Part shown: positions 21,023-31,832 of the stretch, piece by piece
Layout of the letters: each line of letters begins with the position of its first letter
How positions within the stretch are numbered: the stretch's first letter is position 1
NCBI GenBank assembly: GCA_966212465.1
Contig: CBIHRK010000002.1
Location: 28,806 to 92,805, forward strand
Direction of reading: 5' to 3'
Length of the DNA stretch: 64,000 nucleotides
Origin: an uncultured Lacisediminihabitans sp.
Lineage (GTDB): Bacteria > Actinomycetota > Actinomycetes > Actinomycetales > Microbacteriaceae
Notes under the pieces: generated by a model
Database searches by the model: none
Told to the model about the DNA's origin: nothing
Seen by the model: only the letters and a program-made list of their open reading frames with translations
Translations under genes and position numbers: made by a program

Positions 21023-22253
21023 CCGCCCGCCCGCGACGACGGCTCCAGCCGAGCCAGAGCATCACGAGCGCGCCCACGAGAAGGCCCCAGAACGCGGAGC
21101 CGATCCCGGCCACGACGACACCGGACGCCACGACCAGGAAGGTGACGATGGCCGGGATGCGGTTCGCCGCGTCCTCCATCGCGTTGACCACGCTCGTGAC
21201 GAGCGCCCCGAGCACGGCCAGTCCGGCGACGGCGGTGATGAGCACGGTCGGTGCGGCGCTCACCAGGGCGGCGGCCACCCCCGCCGCGAGACCGAGCGGG
21301 ATGTAGAGGATGCCGTTGGTGAGGGTCGCCACCCAGCGCTTTCCGGGATCCGTGTGGGACTCCGGACCCGACATGATCGCCGCGGTGATCGCGCCCAGGT
21401 TGATGGCGTGACCACCGAACAGGTTGGCCGCCGCCGAGCCCAGTCCGGTCGCGACGAGCAAGAACCTCGGGGGCCCGGCATACCCGTAGGTGGAGAGCAC
21501 GGTGAATCCGGGCACGTTCTGCCCCGCCATCGTCACGACGAACAGCGGAAGGCCCAGGCTGAGCACGATGAACGGATCGAAGGTGGGTGCCACGAACGAG
21601 AGCTCCGGGAGGAGGTGGCCGTGACCCAGCCATCCCGTGCCCGCCGAGGCGAGCACGGCGATCACTGCGGCGACCATGGCGGCCGGCACCGCCCAACGGG
21701 GCGCCACCCGGAAGAGGACGAGCCACACCACCACCACCGGCACCGCCAGGAGGGGAAGGGTGGCCACGGCTTCGATGGGGGCGAGGCAGATGGGGAACAG
21801 CACGCCGGCGAGCATCGCGCTCGCCAGCGGGCGCGGGATCCGCACGATGGCGCGCCCGAGCGCGGGCCAGAGCCCGCAGAGCACGATGAGGGCCGAACTG
21901 ACGAGGAACGCCCCGACCGCGTCCGAGAAGCGGACGTGCCCGCCGTGCGCGGCCAGGAGCACAGCGGCCCCCGGTGTCGACCAGGCGATGGCGATCGGGA
22001 TCCTCAGCCAGAGCGACCCCACGATGGCGACCGCAGCGATCGCGAGACAGACCGCGAGGAGCCCGGACGACGCCTCTGCCGGAGACGCCCCCACGGCGCG
22101 CAGCCCGCTGATGACCAGGACGAACGAGCTCGCGAAGCCGGAGATGGCCGCGACGAAGCCCGCGATAATGGGATGGACGATGGCGATGGCACTCTCTGCT
22201 CGACTGCTGTTCCGCCAGCCTAGGGCGACGAAGCGCGGCGCCGCGCGGTCCAA
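21012..22253 (-). CDS. BenE family benzoate/H+ symporter-like transporter
   Basis: IPIAIAWSTPGAA, TMAGQNVPG, HAINLGAITAAI; start uncertain. Confidence 0.88.
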   Translation of the reverse strand: MDRAAPRFVALGWRNSSRAESAIAIVHPIIAGFVAAISGFASSFVLVISGLRAVGASPAEASSGLLAVCLAIAAVAIVGSLWLRIPIAIAWSTPGAAVLLAAHGGHVRFSDAVGAFLVSSALIVLCGLWPALGRAIVRIPRPLASAMLAGVLFPICLAPIEAVATLPLLAVPVVVVWLVLFRVAPRWAVPAAMVAAVIAVLASAGTGWLGHGHLLPELSFVAPTFDPFIVLSLGLPLFVVTMAGQNVPGFTVLSTYGYAGPPRFLLVATGLGSAAANLFGGHAINLGAITAAIMSGPESHTDPGKRWVATLTNGILYIPLGLAAGVAAALVSAAPTVLITAVAGLAVLGALVTSVVNAMEDAANRIPAIVTFLVVASGVVVAGIGSAFWGLLVGALVMLWLGWSRRRGRAATP

Positions 22254-24479
22254 TCACCCCGGGTTGGCAGCATCCTCACCGTCGGCAGGCTCGAACACCG
22301 GCCGCAGCCTCTCCCACGACTCCGACCGCACGTACACCGGGATCACGTCGATGGGCACCTCGCGCGTCACCGCTCCGGCCCCGACGGCGGCGCCCGTCCA
22401 GGCATCCACCCAGTCGCCCTCGGGCAGGTAGGTCGTCCACTCGGCGGCCCCCGGTTCGGTCACCGGGCAGACGAGCAGGTCGTCGCCGAGCATCCATTGG
22501 AGCGGATGCCGCCACACCGACTCGTCGCCCGGGTGGTCGAAGAAGAGCGGGCGCATGAGCGGTCGGCCGGTGGCGATCGTCTGCCGAGCCGACTCCGCCA
22601 GGTAGGGCACGAGTCGCTCCCGCAGGTGCGCCAGCCGCCGGAAGACGGGGATGACCCGCGCGTCGGAATTGCGCTCCGCGATGTTCCACGGCGTGCGCTG
22701 ACCGGAAGGGGTGCGGTGGTGATTGAACTCCGCGTGGTACTGCATGATCGGCACGAAGGTCGCCGCCGCTGCGGATCGGAGGTAGAGCTCGCCGTCGGGC
22801 ACCTCGCCCGAGAACCCGGCGAAGTCCCACCCCCAGTAGACGATGCCTCCGGATGCCGCGGAGAGCCCCGCGAACAGCGACCAGCGGAACGCATCCCAGG
22901 TGGAATTCTCGTCGCCCGCCCAGAAGGCTCCGTGCGCCTGGCTGCCGACGAAGCCCGACCGGCTGAACGTCACCGGCGCCTTGCCCGCCGATTCGAGCAG
23001 ATCGCCGAACGCCGCCGCATAGCCCACGGGGAACAGCGCGTTCTTCTCGTCGCCGTGCCGGCCGTCGAGGTACCGCAGGTCCCTGCCCCAGGCGTGCTCG
23101 CCGCCGTCGGTCTTGAAGCCGTCGACTCCCAGCTCCTCGACCAGGTAGCGGCGCTTCTCGGTCCACCAGCGTGCCGCGCGCTCATCGGTGAGGTCGGGCA
23201 TGAGTCCGAGCGGGAACCACCAGCCGCGGTTGCGATACGGCCGCAGGGCGCCGTCCGGGGCCACCTCCTTCACCAGCACGTCGTCACGCACCGCCGTGTC
23301 GGCGTCCACCCGCGCCTGGCCCACCGGGTTGGGCCGCATCTTGATCAGCGGGATCTGCCAGAGGTGCAGTTTGATCCCCCGGGCGTGGAGCTCGTCGACC
23401 ATCCCCTTGGGGTCGGGCCACGGACCGTCCGCCGGGAAGGTGAAGTCGGCGAGGCGGTGCGGCCGTTCCGTGACCTCGTACTCCGCCCCGCGCCACGCGG
23501 TGAAGGTGCTCTCGTCGCTCCAGGCCTCGATGACCACCGAGCCGACCGGGATGTCATGCACCCGGTGAAGCTCCACCTGCTCCATCACGGCGGCCTGCGT
23601 GTTCCACTCGTTCGCACTCGCCCACAACCGGAACACCCAGTCGGGCAGCTCCCGGGGGGATCCCGCCTCGGCGAGGAACGATCGGAGCACCTCCGTCGGC
23701 GTGCCGGAGTAGTCGGCGACGTCGAGCACCGGACCGCCATCGGCGGTCGAGTCCACCTCTGCCTCCACCCAGAGCAGGGCGGCATCCGATTCCCCGATGT
23801 CGAACCAGACGCGACGCGAGGTGCGCACGTGGAAGCCCCAGCCCTCGCCGCCCACCACGTGGGCGAACGGCATGGGCAGGTAGGTCTTGCGCTCGGCGCC
23901 CTGGCTCTTGTACTGCTCGAAGACCACCGAGTCGAGGCTCGACCCGCGGTGGTCGAGGGCGTCGTAGCGCTCCCCGAAGCCGCTGACGTGCTCGCCCGGG
24001 GCGAGTGGCAGCGCGAAGCGCACCCGGCTGACGTGCTCGCCGTCGTCCAGTGCCGTCACCGAACCGGGGACCACGCGCGCGCCGGTGACGAGCCCCGGCG
24101 CCGGGCGCCAGGAGGCGGCCGTGAACTCGAACCAGCGGGTCTTCTGCCCCGCCGAGAGGAACCGGTAGCGGTAGCGATCCCCCGCGACCAGGTCGTCGAT
24201 CTCGACCTGCCAACCGCCGGAGGCGCGAGCGAGGCGTGCCTGAGCCGAGGCCAGATGCCCGCCGTCCACCACCTGTCCGCGCGAGCGGCGCTCGACGGGT
24301 GCGAGGTCGAGCACGCGCGTGACACCGCCCGCCTCCAGCTCGCAGCGGACCGCGGTGACGCCCGCCGAGGAACGCACGCCGAGGGTCACCGGTGAGCCGG
24401 CGACCGGGTCGACCGGCCAGCGCTGCTCCGTGTCGATCGAGTAGGGGTGTCCTGAGCCGTACGGTCGATGGCGGATCAT
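22254..24479 (-). CDS. GH31 glycoside hydrolase, 1,3-alpha-isomaltosidase-like
   Basis: GVDGFKTDGGE nucleophile region, FWAGDENSTW, YWGWDFAGFSG. True start is ATG 24479 (MIRHRPYG), overlapping the GH15 stop. Confidence 0.88.
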   Translation of the reverse strand: MIRHRPYGSGHPYSIDTEQRWPVDPVAGSPVTLGVRSSAGVTAVRCELEAGGVTRVLDLAPVERRSRGQVVDGGHLASAQARLARASGGWQVEIDDLVAGDRYRYRFLSAGQKTRWFEFTAASWRPAPGLVTGARVVPGSVTALDDGEHVSRVRFALPLAPGEHVSGFGERYDALDHRGSSLDSVVFEQYKSQGAERKTYLPMPFAHVVGGEGWGFHVRTSRRVWFDIGESDAALLWVEAEVDSTADGGPVLDVADYSGTPTEVLRSFLAEAGSPRELPDWVFRLWASANEWNTQAAVMEQVELHRVHDIPVGSVVIEAWSDESTFTAWRGAEYEVTERPHRLADFTFPADGPWPDPKGMVDELHARGIKLHLWQIPLIKMRPNPVGQARVDADTAVRDDVLVKEVAPDGALRPYRNRGWWFPLGLMPDLTDERAARWWTEKRRYLVEELGVDGFKTDGGEHAWGRDLRYLDGRHGDEKNALFPVGYAAAFGDLLESAGKAPVTFSRSGFVGSQAHGAFWAGDENSTWDAFRWSLFAGLSAASGGIVYWGWDFAGFSGEVPDGELYLRSAAAATFVPIMQYHAEFNHHRTPSGQRTPWNIAERNSDARVIPVFRRLAHLRERLVPYLAESARQTIATGRPLMRPLFFDHPGDESVWRHPLQWMLGDDLLVCPVTEPGAAEWTTYLPEGDWVDAWTGAAVGAGAVTREVPIDVIPVYVRSESWERLRPVFEPADGEDAANPG

Positions 24480-25621
24480 GCGCCGAGCCCCCGAATCAGG
24501 TCCAGTTCCACGGCGAGGCGGATCAGCATGGCGTGACTCCAGAGCAGCGGCCGGGCCACGGGACCCCAGCGCTCGATCCACTCCGCCTCGCGCGAGGGGT
24601 CGAGGAGGTGCCAGTCGACCTGCTCCGGCATCGCACCCCCCTCGGAGGCGGTGCGCGCCGCCCAGTCGAGCTGCTCGAAGGCGCGGGCCGGGTCGCCGGA
24701 TGCCGCGTAGCCGAGCCCGAGGAAGCAGCTGAGCAGCGGCCACTGCCCGCCGCCGAAGAAGGTGTCGGCCCGGTAGCGGTGCACGCCGTGGTCCACCGTC
24801 AGCTCCGCCTCGACCGCGGCGATGGTCGACGCCGCGACGGGATCCGACGCCGGCACCACCCGGAGCGGCGCGATCACGGCCAGCAGACTCGCGTCCACCT
24901 CCGGCGAGCCCAGCCATTTGGCCAGGTGTCCGTGCACCGTGCCCTCGCCGAGCATGAGCGCGCGGATTTCGCGAACCACGCCATCGGCTCCCCCGACGGC
25001 CTCCAGACCGGCTGCGATGCAGCCGAGAGTGGAGATGTGCACGCGGTCGGCGCTCTCCTCCCACCAGTCGAAGCAGGGGCGGTGCCACGAGCTGACCAGG
25101 TAGTCCACGGTGAGGGCGATCGCCGGCATCCACCGGTCCAGCGCGAGCGAATGCCGCTTGGCGTGCTCGGCCACGGCCCACAGCCAGGTGCCGTAGCCGT
25201 CGAGCTGGAAGTCCCACCACTCGTCGTCCCCGTCGCGCCCGTCGAAGGTGAAGCGGGCCGGGAGCATCTCCGAATCCGGAACCGGCTCGCCGATCGCGGC
25301 CATGGCGACGACGCGCTCCACGGTGGCACGGCGGGAGACGAGGATGCGGGCGCACCAGTCGAAGAAGCGATCCGCCGAGTCCACGGCTCCCGCTGCCGAC
25401 ATCGCATCGGCGATGAACGCTCCGTCGCGGAACCACGAGTATCCGGCGTAGGCCGAGAAGGTGGGGCTGGCGGGGTAGGCGCCCGACTCGTCCTGAAGTC
25501 GGAGGATGAGCTCGACGCTCGTCTCGGCCAGCCTGGTCGCCCGGGCCGCTCTCGCCTCATCGGTCATGTCGGCCGGCGTGGCCGGGTCGGTGCGGACGTC
25601 GCCGCGGATCGCCTCGGTCAT
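24476..25621 (-). CDS. GH15 glycoside hydrolase, isomaltose glucohydrolase-like
   Basis: YPASPTFSAY, WFRDG, FQLDGYG, DWWEE, MPEQV, PLLWSHA. Confidence 0.88.
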   Translation of the reverse strand: MTEAIRGDVRTDPATPADMTDEARAARATRLAETSVELILRLQDESGAYPASPTFSAYAGYSWFRDGAFIADAMSAAGAVDSADRFFDWCARILVSRRATVERVVAMAAIGEPVPDSEMLPARFTFDGRDGDDEWWDFQLDGYGTWLWAVAEHAKRHSLALDRWMPAIALTVDYLVSSWHRPCFDWWEESADRVHISTLGCIAAGLEAVGGADGVVREIRALMLGEGTVHGHLAKWLGSPEVDASLLAVIAPLRVVPASDPVAASTIAAVEAELTVDHGVHRYRADTFFGGGQWPLLSCFLGLGYAASGDPARAFEQLDWAARTASEGGAMPEQVDWHLLDPSREAEWIERWGPVARPLLWSHAMLIRLAVELDLIRGLGA

Positions 25622-25670
25622 GGGTCGTTCTCCTGGTTCCGGCCCGGCGGGCCGATCGGGGTGGCGGTGA

Positions 25671-25702
25671 GCGGGTTCCGGAGCGAGCGCCCCGGAACCC
25701 GC
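25671..25702. repeat. 11-bp-stem intra-operon hairpin after the solute-binding-protein gene
   Basis: GCGGGTTCCGG (25671) pairs with CCGGAACCCGC (25692). Confidence 0.6.
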
Positions 25703-25708
25703 CCGGAA

Positions 25709-26962
25709 TCAGCCTGCGAGCAGTGCGTTGATCTTCTTCTCGGCGTTGTCGAGGGCCTGCTGCACCGATTCGCGGCCGGCCTGCGCTTCGACCAGCTCAC
25801 CGGTGATCGCATCCTGCATCGCGTTCTGGTTGTCGCCGATCGACGGCGCCGGAGCGATCTCCTTCGCCGCATCGAACACCGCCTGGCGGTTGGCCGGCTT
25901 GCCCTTCTGCAGGTAGGTGTCGAGCTTGGCGGTGTCGGAGATCGCCGGGAGCTCCCAGCCGGAGTCGAGACGCACGTTCACCATCTCGGAGGACGAGGAC
26001 ATGTACTCGGCCCACTTCTGAGCGGCCGCCTTGTGCTTGCTGGTCGCCGAGACGCCGATCGCGTTCGAGAAGACCGCGCTCGCATGGCGGGTGTTCCCGG
26101 GTTCGACCGCGATGTCCCAGTTGGCCGGGGTCTCGGCGAACGATCCGAACACCCAGATGCCGGTGTGCAGCATGGCGAGCTTGCCCGCCTTGAACAGGTT
26201 GGTGTCGAAGTCGGCCGTGCCCTGCCCGTCGGCGATGGTGGGCATGGTGGTCCCGCTCTTGTCGACCAGCCACTTCGCCGCCTCGAGACCCTTGGGGGTG
26301 TTGAAGGCGACCTTCTTGCCGTCCTTGCTGAGGAACGAGGCGCCGTTCTGCACGAGCACCTTGTAGAACTCGTTGTAGGTCACCGGCTGGTGGTCGCCCC
26401 AGATTCCCGCCGACTTGTCGGTGAGCTTCTCGGCGGCGGCCGTCTCGTCCTTCCACGTCCACGACGCGGTGGGGTACTTCACACCCGCCTTGTCGAAGAG
26501 ATCCTTGTTGTAGTAGAGCACCACGTCCGAGAACGAGGTGGGCAGGCCGTACTGCTTGCCGTCGGTGGCGTAGGTGTCGAGCAGCGCCTTGTTGTACAGG
26601 CTCGACTTCACTCCGGTCAGCTCGGCGAGCACGCCGTTCGTCTGGTACTGGCCGTAGTGCGATGCGCCGTCGATGTCGAACACGTCGGCGGCGGTGCCTG
26701 CGGCCAGATCGGTGTCGAGCGCGGTGTCGTACGAGTCGTAGGGCAACGTCTTCACGTCGACCGTGATGTTCGGGTTCGCCTTCTCGAACGCCTTCACGAT
26801 CGTCGCGAGGTTCTTCTCATTTCCGCCGTTGGAGATGAAGTTCGAGTAGGTGATGGTGACCTTCGAGTCGGCGTCGCTGCCTCCGGAGCCGGCGGCGCAG
26901 CCGGTCATGGCGAGGGCGGCGACACCGGCGATGCCGATGGCGACCGCGAGTCTGCGGTTCAT
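25709..26962 (-). CDS. Sugar ABC transporter substrate-binding lipoprotein
   Basis: Lipobox LAMTG-C, LYYNKDLFDKAG, FKAGKLAM. Confidence 0.92.
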   Translation of the reverse strand: MNRRLAVAIGIAGVAALAMTGCAAGSGGSDADSKVTITYSNFISNGGNEKNLATIVKAFEKANPNITVDVKTLPYDSYDTALDTDLAAGTAADVFDIDGASHYGQYQTNGVLAELTGVKSSLYNKALLDTYATDGKQYGLPTSFSDVVLYYNKDLFDKAGVKYPTASWTWKDETAAAEKLTDKSAGIWGDHQPVTYNEFYKVLVQNGASFLSKDGKKVAFNTPKGLEAAKWLVDKSGTTMPTIADGQGTADFDTNLFKAGKLAMLHTGIWVFGSFAETPANWDIAVEPGNTRHASAVFSNAIGVSATSKHKAAAQKWAEYMSSSSEMVNVRLDSGWELPAISDTAKLDTYLQKGKPANRQAVFDAAKEIAPAPSIGDNQNAMQDAITGELVEAQAGRESVQQALDNAEKKINALLAG

Positions 26963-27022
26963 TGTGATCGATCTCCTTTGATGTGATGGGTGCATGGGAT
27001 TCGGGTGGAACGTCTCCGTCGG

Positions 27023-27889
27023 CTACTTGAGCCCGGAGCTTGCGACGCCCTGGATGACGTACTTCTGGGCGAAGATGTAGAGCGCGAGCATCGGCAGGAT
27101 GCTCACGACCGAGCCGGCCATGATGACGTCCCAGTCCGAGACGTACTGGCCCTGCAGACCGGCGAGCGCGATGGGCAGCGTCTGCAGCTCGGGCGACCGC
27201 AGCACGACCAGCGGCCAGAGGAAGCTGTTCCAGCTGCTCATGAACGAGAAGATCACGAGAGTCGCCAGCGCGGGACGGATGTTCGGGATGACGACCGACC
27301 GGAAGATCCGGAAGTGCCCCGCGCCGTCGAGCGTCGCCGCCTCGTCCAGCTCCCGCGGCACCTGGTTGATCGCCTGCCGGAGCAGGAAGATCCCGAACGC
27401 GCTCGCGAAGGTCGGCAGCAGCGCACCGAGGTAGGTGTCGAGCAGCGAGAACGTCTTCAGTTCGACGAACAGCGGCACGATCAGCACCTGCAGCGGGATC
27501 ATCATGGTCGCCAGGTAGATGCCGAACACCACGTTCTGACCGCGGAACGGCAGGCGGCTGAAGGCATAGCCGGCGGTGGTGCTGGTGACCAGCTGCACCG
27601 CCGTCGTGATCGCGGCGAGCACGACGCTGTTGAGGATCACCTGAGCGAAGGGCCGCTCGGCGAACAGCCGCGCGTAGGCGCCCAGCGACGGGTTCTTCGG
27701 GATGAGCGCCGGGGCGTTCGTCAGCGTCGCCCCGGGTGTGATCGACGTGATCAGCGTCCAGAGGAACGGGAAGAACATGACCAGCGCACCGATCACGATC
27801 ACCACGTTGAGCACGATGAACAGCAGCTGGGATCGGCTGCGCTCCGGGGTGCGAGCACGCCGCGGCATCCGGAGGGCGGTGTCAGCCAT
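27023..27889 (-). CDS. Carbohydrate ABC transporter permease (MalG-like)
   Basis: EAA motif ELDEAATLDGAG, WNSFLWPL. Confidence 0.92.
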   Translation of the reverse strand: MADTALRMPRRARTPERSRSQLLFIVLNVVIVIGALVMFFPFLWTLITSITPGATLTNAPALIPKNPSLGAYARLFAERPFAQVILNSVVLAAITTAVQLVTSTTAGYAFSRLPFRGQNVVFGIYLATMMIPLQVLIVPLFVELKTFSLLDTYLGALLPTFASAFGIFLLRQAINQVPRELDEAATLDGAGHFRIFRSVVIPNIRPALATLVIFSFMSSWNSFLWPLVVLRSPELQTLPIALAGLQGQYVSDWDVIMAGSVVSILPMLALYIFAQKYVIQGVASSGLK

Positions 27890-28832
27890 AGACGACCCAC
27901 CTCCTCTGGCCGCGCACCTGGATGAGCGTGACCGCCAGGATGACGATGAAGAGCATCCAGGAGAGCGCCGAGGCGTCGCCGGCGCGACCGTAGCGGAAGG
28001 TGAGGTCGTAGATCTGCTGCACGACGACCTCGCTCGCGCCGTTCGGGCCACCTCCCGTCATGGCGTAGACCTGGTCGAAGACCTGGAACCCGTTGATCAG
28101 GGAGATGACGATCACGAAGAAGGTGGACGGGGAGAGCAGCGGGAGCGTGACGCTGAACAGGCGTCGCCACCATCCGGCGCCGTCGACCTTCGCGGCGTCG
28201 TAGACGTCCTGCGGGATCGCCTGCAGACCCGCCAGCAGGATGACCATGACGAAGCCGAGATCCTTCCATGCCGAGGCGAGGATGATCGAGGGCATGGCCC
28301 ACGCCGGGTCAGTCCACCAGCCCGGGCCGTGGATGCCGACGAAGCCGAGCACGGTGTTGACCACGCCCGAGTTCGGCCCGAGCAGCCACCGCCAGACCAG
28401 CGACACGACGATCCAGCTCGTGACCACCGGCAGGAAGTAGATGCCGCGCAGGAGCGAGCGGCCCTTCAGGGCGGTGTTGAGAGCGAGGGCGAGCGCGAGA
28501 CCGCCCACGTAGACCAGCGGCAGGTAGCCGACGATGTAGTAGATCGTGTGCAGGAAGACGTTGCCGGTGACCGGGTCGGCCAGCAGGCGTGCGTAGTTGT
28601 CGAAACCGACGAATCGGGCGGGAGCGAGCAGGTTCCACTTGGTGAGGCTGATCCACGCCGCCGCCACCATGGGCCCGAGCACGAAGAGCGTGAGCGGGAT
28701 GGCGCTCGGCAGCAGGAAGGCCAGCACCGTGAGCGCGTAGCGAGCTCGACGTCGGCGGCCGTCGCGCACCGGGCGCGCGTGCGGGAACTGCGGCTTCTTG
28801 TCCGCGAGCACGGTCTGGGCGGCGCTGGTCAC
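27882..28832 (-). CDS. Carbohydrate ABC transporter permease (MalF-like)
   Basis: VYDAAKVDGAG, FQVFDQVYAMTGGGP; GTG overlaps the ROK stop. Confidence 0.92.
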   Translation of the reverse strand: MTSAAQTVLADKKPQFPHARPVRDGRRRRARYALTVLAFLLPSAIPLTLFVLGPMVAAAWISLTKWNLLAPARFVGFDNYARLLADPVTGNVFLHTIYYIVGYLPLVYVGGLALALALNTALKGRSLLRGIYFLPVVTSWIVVSLVWRWLLGPNSGVVNTVLGFVGIHGPGWWTDPAWAMPSIILASAWKDLGFVMVILLAGLQAIPQDVYDAAKVDGAGWWRRLFSVTLPLLSPSTFFVIVISLINGFQVFDQVYAMTGGGPNGASEVVVQQIYDLTFRYGRAGDASALSWMLFIVILAVTLIQVRGQRRWVVYG

Positions 28833-30049
28833 GAGTCCGCCTGCTGCGGTGCGGCCTGCTCCACCAGGCGCTCGCGCACGAGCCTGCCCTGGTCGCCGGC
28901 CACGTCGTCCGAGTCGAAAGGAGTGGCGAGCACGAGGGCGGCGGCGCCCTGCGCCCAGCTCTCGTCTTGCCAGGTCTCCACCGCGACGCCAACGCCGCGG
29001 CGGCTGGGGATGAGCGCGGAACGCAGCGCGGGCTCGAAGCCGTACGACCAGTGCCGCCAGGAGACGGTGCCCTCCCCCAGCACGATCACGATCTCGGGGT
29101 CGAGCGTGTGGATGATCCCCGCGAGGGTGCGCCCGAGCAGATGACCGGCCTCGCTGAAGATGCGGGCGGCTCCGGCATCCTCGGCGTCGGCTGCGGCGCG
29201 CAGGGCCTGGATGCCGCTGAACTCGCCGATCACCCCGCGCTCGCGTGCCGTGCGCACGAGCGCTGCCTCGCCGATGTACGACTCGAGGCAGCCGTGGTTG
29301 CCGCAGGAGCAGAGCGGACCGCCGTCGCTCACCGGGATGTGGCCGATCTCGCCAGAGCCGCCCGCGGATCCGCGGAGCACCACGCCGTCGACGACGATCC
29401 CGGCCCCCACCCCGGTGCCGATGGTGATGACGAGGAAGTCGTCGTGCTGTCGGCCGACGCCGTACAGGCGCTCCGCCACCGCGAGCGCGTTCACGTTGTT
29501 CTCCACCAGCACGGGGAGGTTCAGCTCGCGACGGAGCGTGGCGCCGAGCGGAACCTGCGACCATCCGAGCTGCGTGGAGTCGACAAGGCCGTTGCCCTGC
29601 CGGTCCACGCTTCCCGGCACGCCCACGCCGATGCCCAGCAGCGGCGCGGTGCCTCCCCCGGCGATGAAGCGGCGCAGCAGCACGACGAGTTCACCGAGGA
29701 ACGTGTTGGATGCCGCGTCGAACGGCTCGCTCGCCGAACGCACCATGGAGCCGTCGATCCCCACCTCGACGAATGCCACGTGGTCGGCGACGACCTTCAC
29801 GCCGATCGCTCGTCCGGCGCTCGAGACGAGTCCCAGCATCCGCGCCGGGCGACCGCCCTGCGAGGGCGAGTGCTCGAGCTCCACGAGGAGACCTTCGGCG
29901 ATGAGGTCCTTGGTGAGCTGGGTCATGAGGGCCGGGGAGACGACCAGCGCCCGGGCGAGGTCGGCCCGCGAGGCGGAGCCGTGTGCGCCGAGATGCGCGA
30001 GGATCGCCGAGCGGTTGACGTCGGTGCGGGCTTGCGGGCGAAGAGCCAA
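28829..30049 (-). CDS. ROK family transcriptional repressor
   Basis: N-terminal HTH, ENNVNA, GTGVGAG, GEIGH, CSCGNHGCLE zinc motif. Confidence 0.92.
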   Translation of the reverse strand: MALRPQARTDVNRSAILAHLGAHGSASRADLARALVVSPALMTQLTKDLIAEGLLVELEHSPSQGGRPARMLGLVSSAGRAIGVKVVADHVAFVEVGIDGSMVRSASEPFDAASNTFLGELVVLLRRFIAGGGTAPLLGIGVGVPGSVDRQGNGLVDSTQLGWSQVPLGATLRRELNLPVLVENNVNALAVAERLYGVGRQHDDFLVITIGTGVGAGIVVDGVVLRGSAGGSGEIGHIPVSDGGPLCSCGNHGCLESYIGEAALVRTARERGVIGEFSGIQALRAAADAEDAGAARIFSEAGHLLGRTLAGIIHTLDPEIVIVLGEGTVSWRHWSYGFEPALRSALIPSRRGVGVAVETWQDESWAQGAAALVLATPFDSDDVAGDQGRLVRERLVEQAAPQQADS

Positions 30050-30059
30050 GGGGAACCTC

Positions 30060-30082
30060 TTTGTTCAGGACTAAATAAACAA
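30060..30082. promoter_or_regulatory. Putative ROK operator
   Basis: AT-rich TTGTT-N12-AACAA inverted repeat directly upstream of the ROK start. Confidence 0.5.
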
Positions 30083-30127
30083 TAGAAGTATGGTCCCCCC
30101 GAGTCAAGTCCGTCCCGCGCACCTTCT

Positions 30128-30217
30128 GAAAACGCAGGAGATTCGCCCCGGATGGCGCGCGCGACAGCGCGAATGCGGGCGCGCCGACACGCACGGCGGC
30201 GGATCTCCTGCGTTTTC
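30128..30217. repeat. REP/MITE-like intergenic element with perfect 15-bp terminal inverted repeats
   Basis: GAAAACGCAGGAGAT (30128-30142) and ATCTCCTGCGTTTTC (30203-30217). Confidence 0.65.
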
Positions 30218-30359
30218 GGCAGCGACGGAAGGGGGGGGCGGAGACGGAGGGAGCGGGGGGCCGGCGACCGCAGCGCGCGCGGACAGCGCGTCAGGGCGCG
30301 CGGGAACCGGGAACCGGTTGGCGGTCCGTCAGGGCGGAGGAGTCAGCGGGCGGCCCGAA

Positions 30360-31637
<1,278 letters not shown>

Positions 31638-31832
31638 GCTCGGCCTCCTCCTGGTCTCGGCCCCCGGTGCCTTGAACACCAGCCGGAAAATGTCGCTGCG
31701 GGTTACGTCTCCACGGTGAAACGTGTATTGAGCCTAACGCGAGTCGGTGACAGAGCGTGCACCACGGCGAAATACGTTACGGCGCGCCCCCATCGGGCGC
31801 TTTAGACTTCTTGAGCGAACAGGAGCGGGTGG

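Noticed and set aside
22254-25436. 1060-aa GH31 ORF
   Set aside because: The first ~320 aa overlap GH15 out of frame; the real start is ATG 24479.
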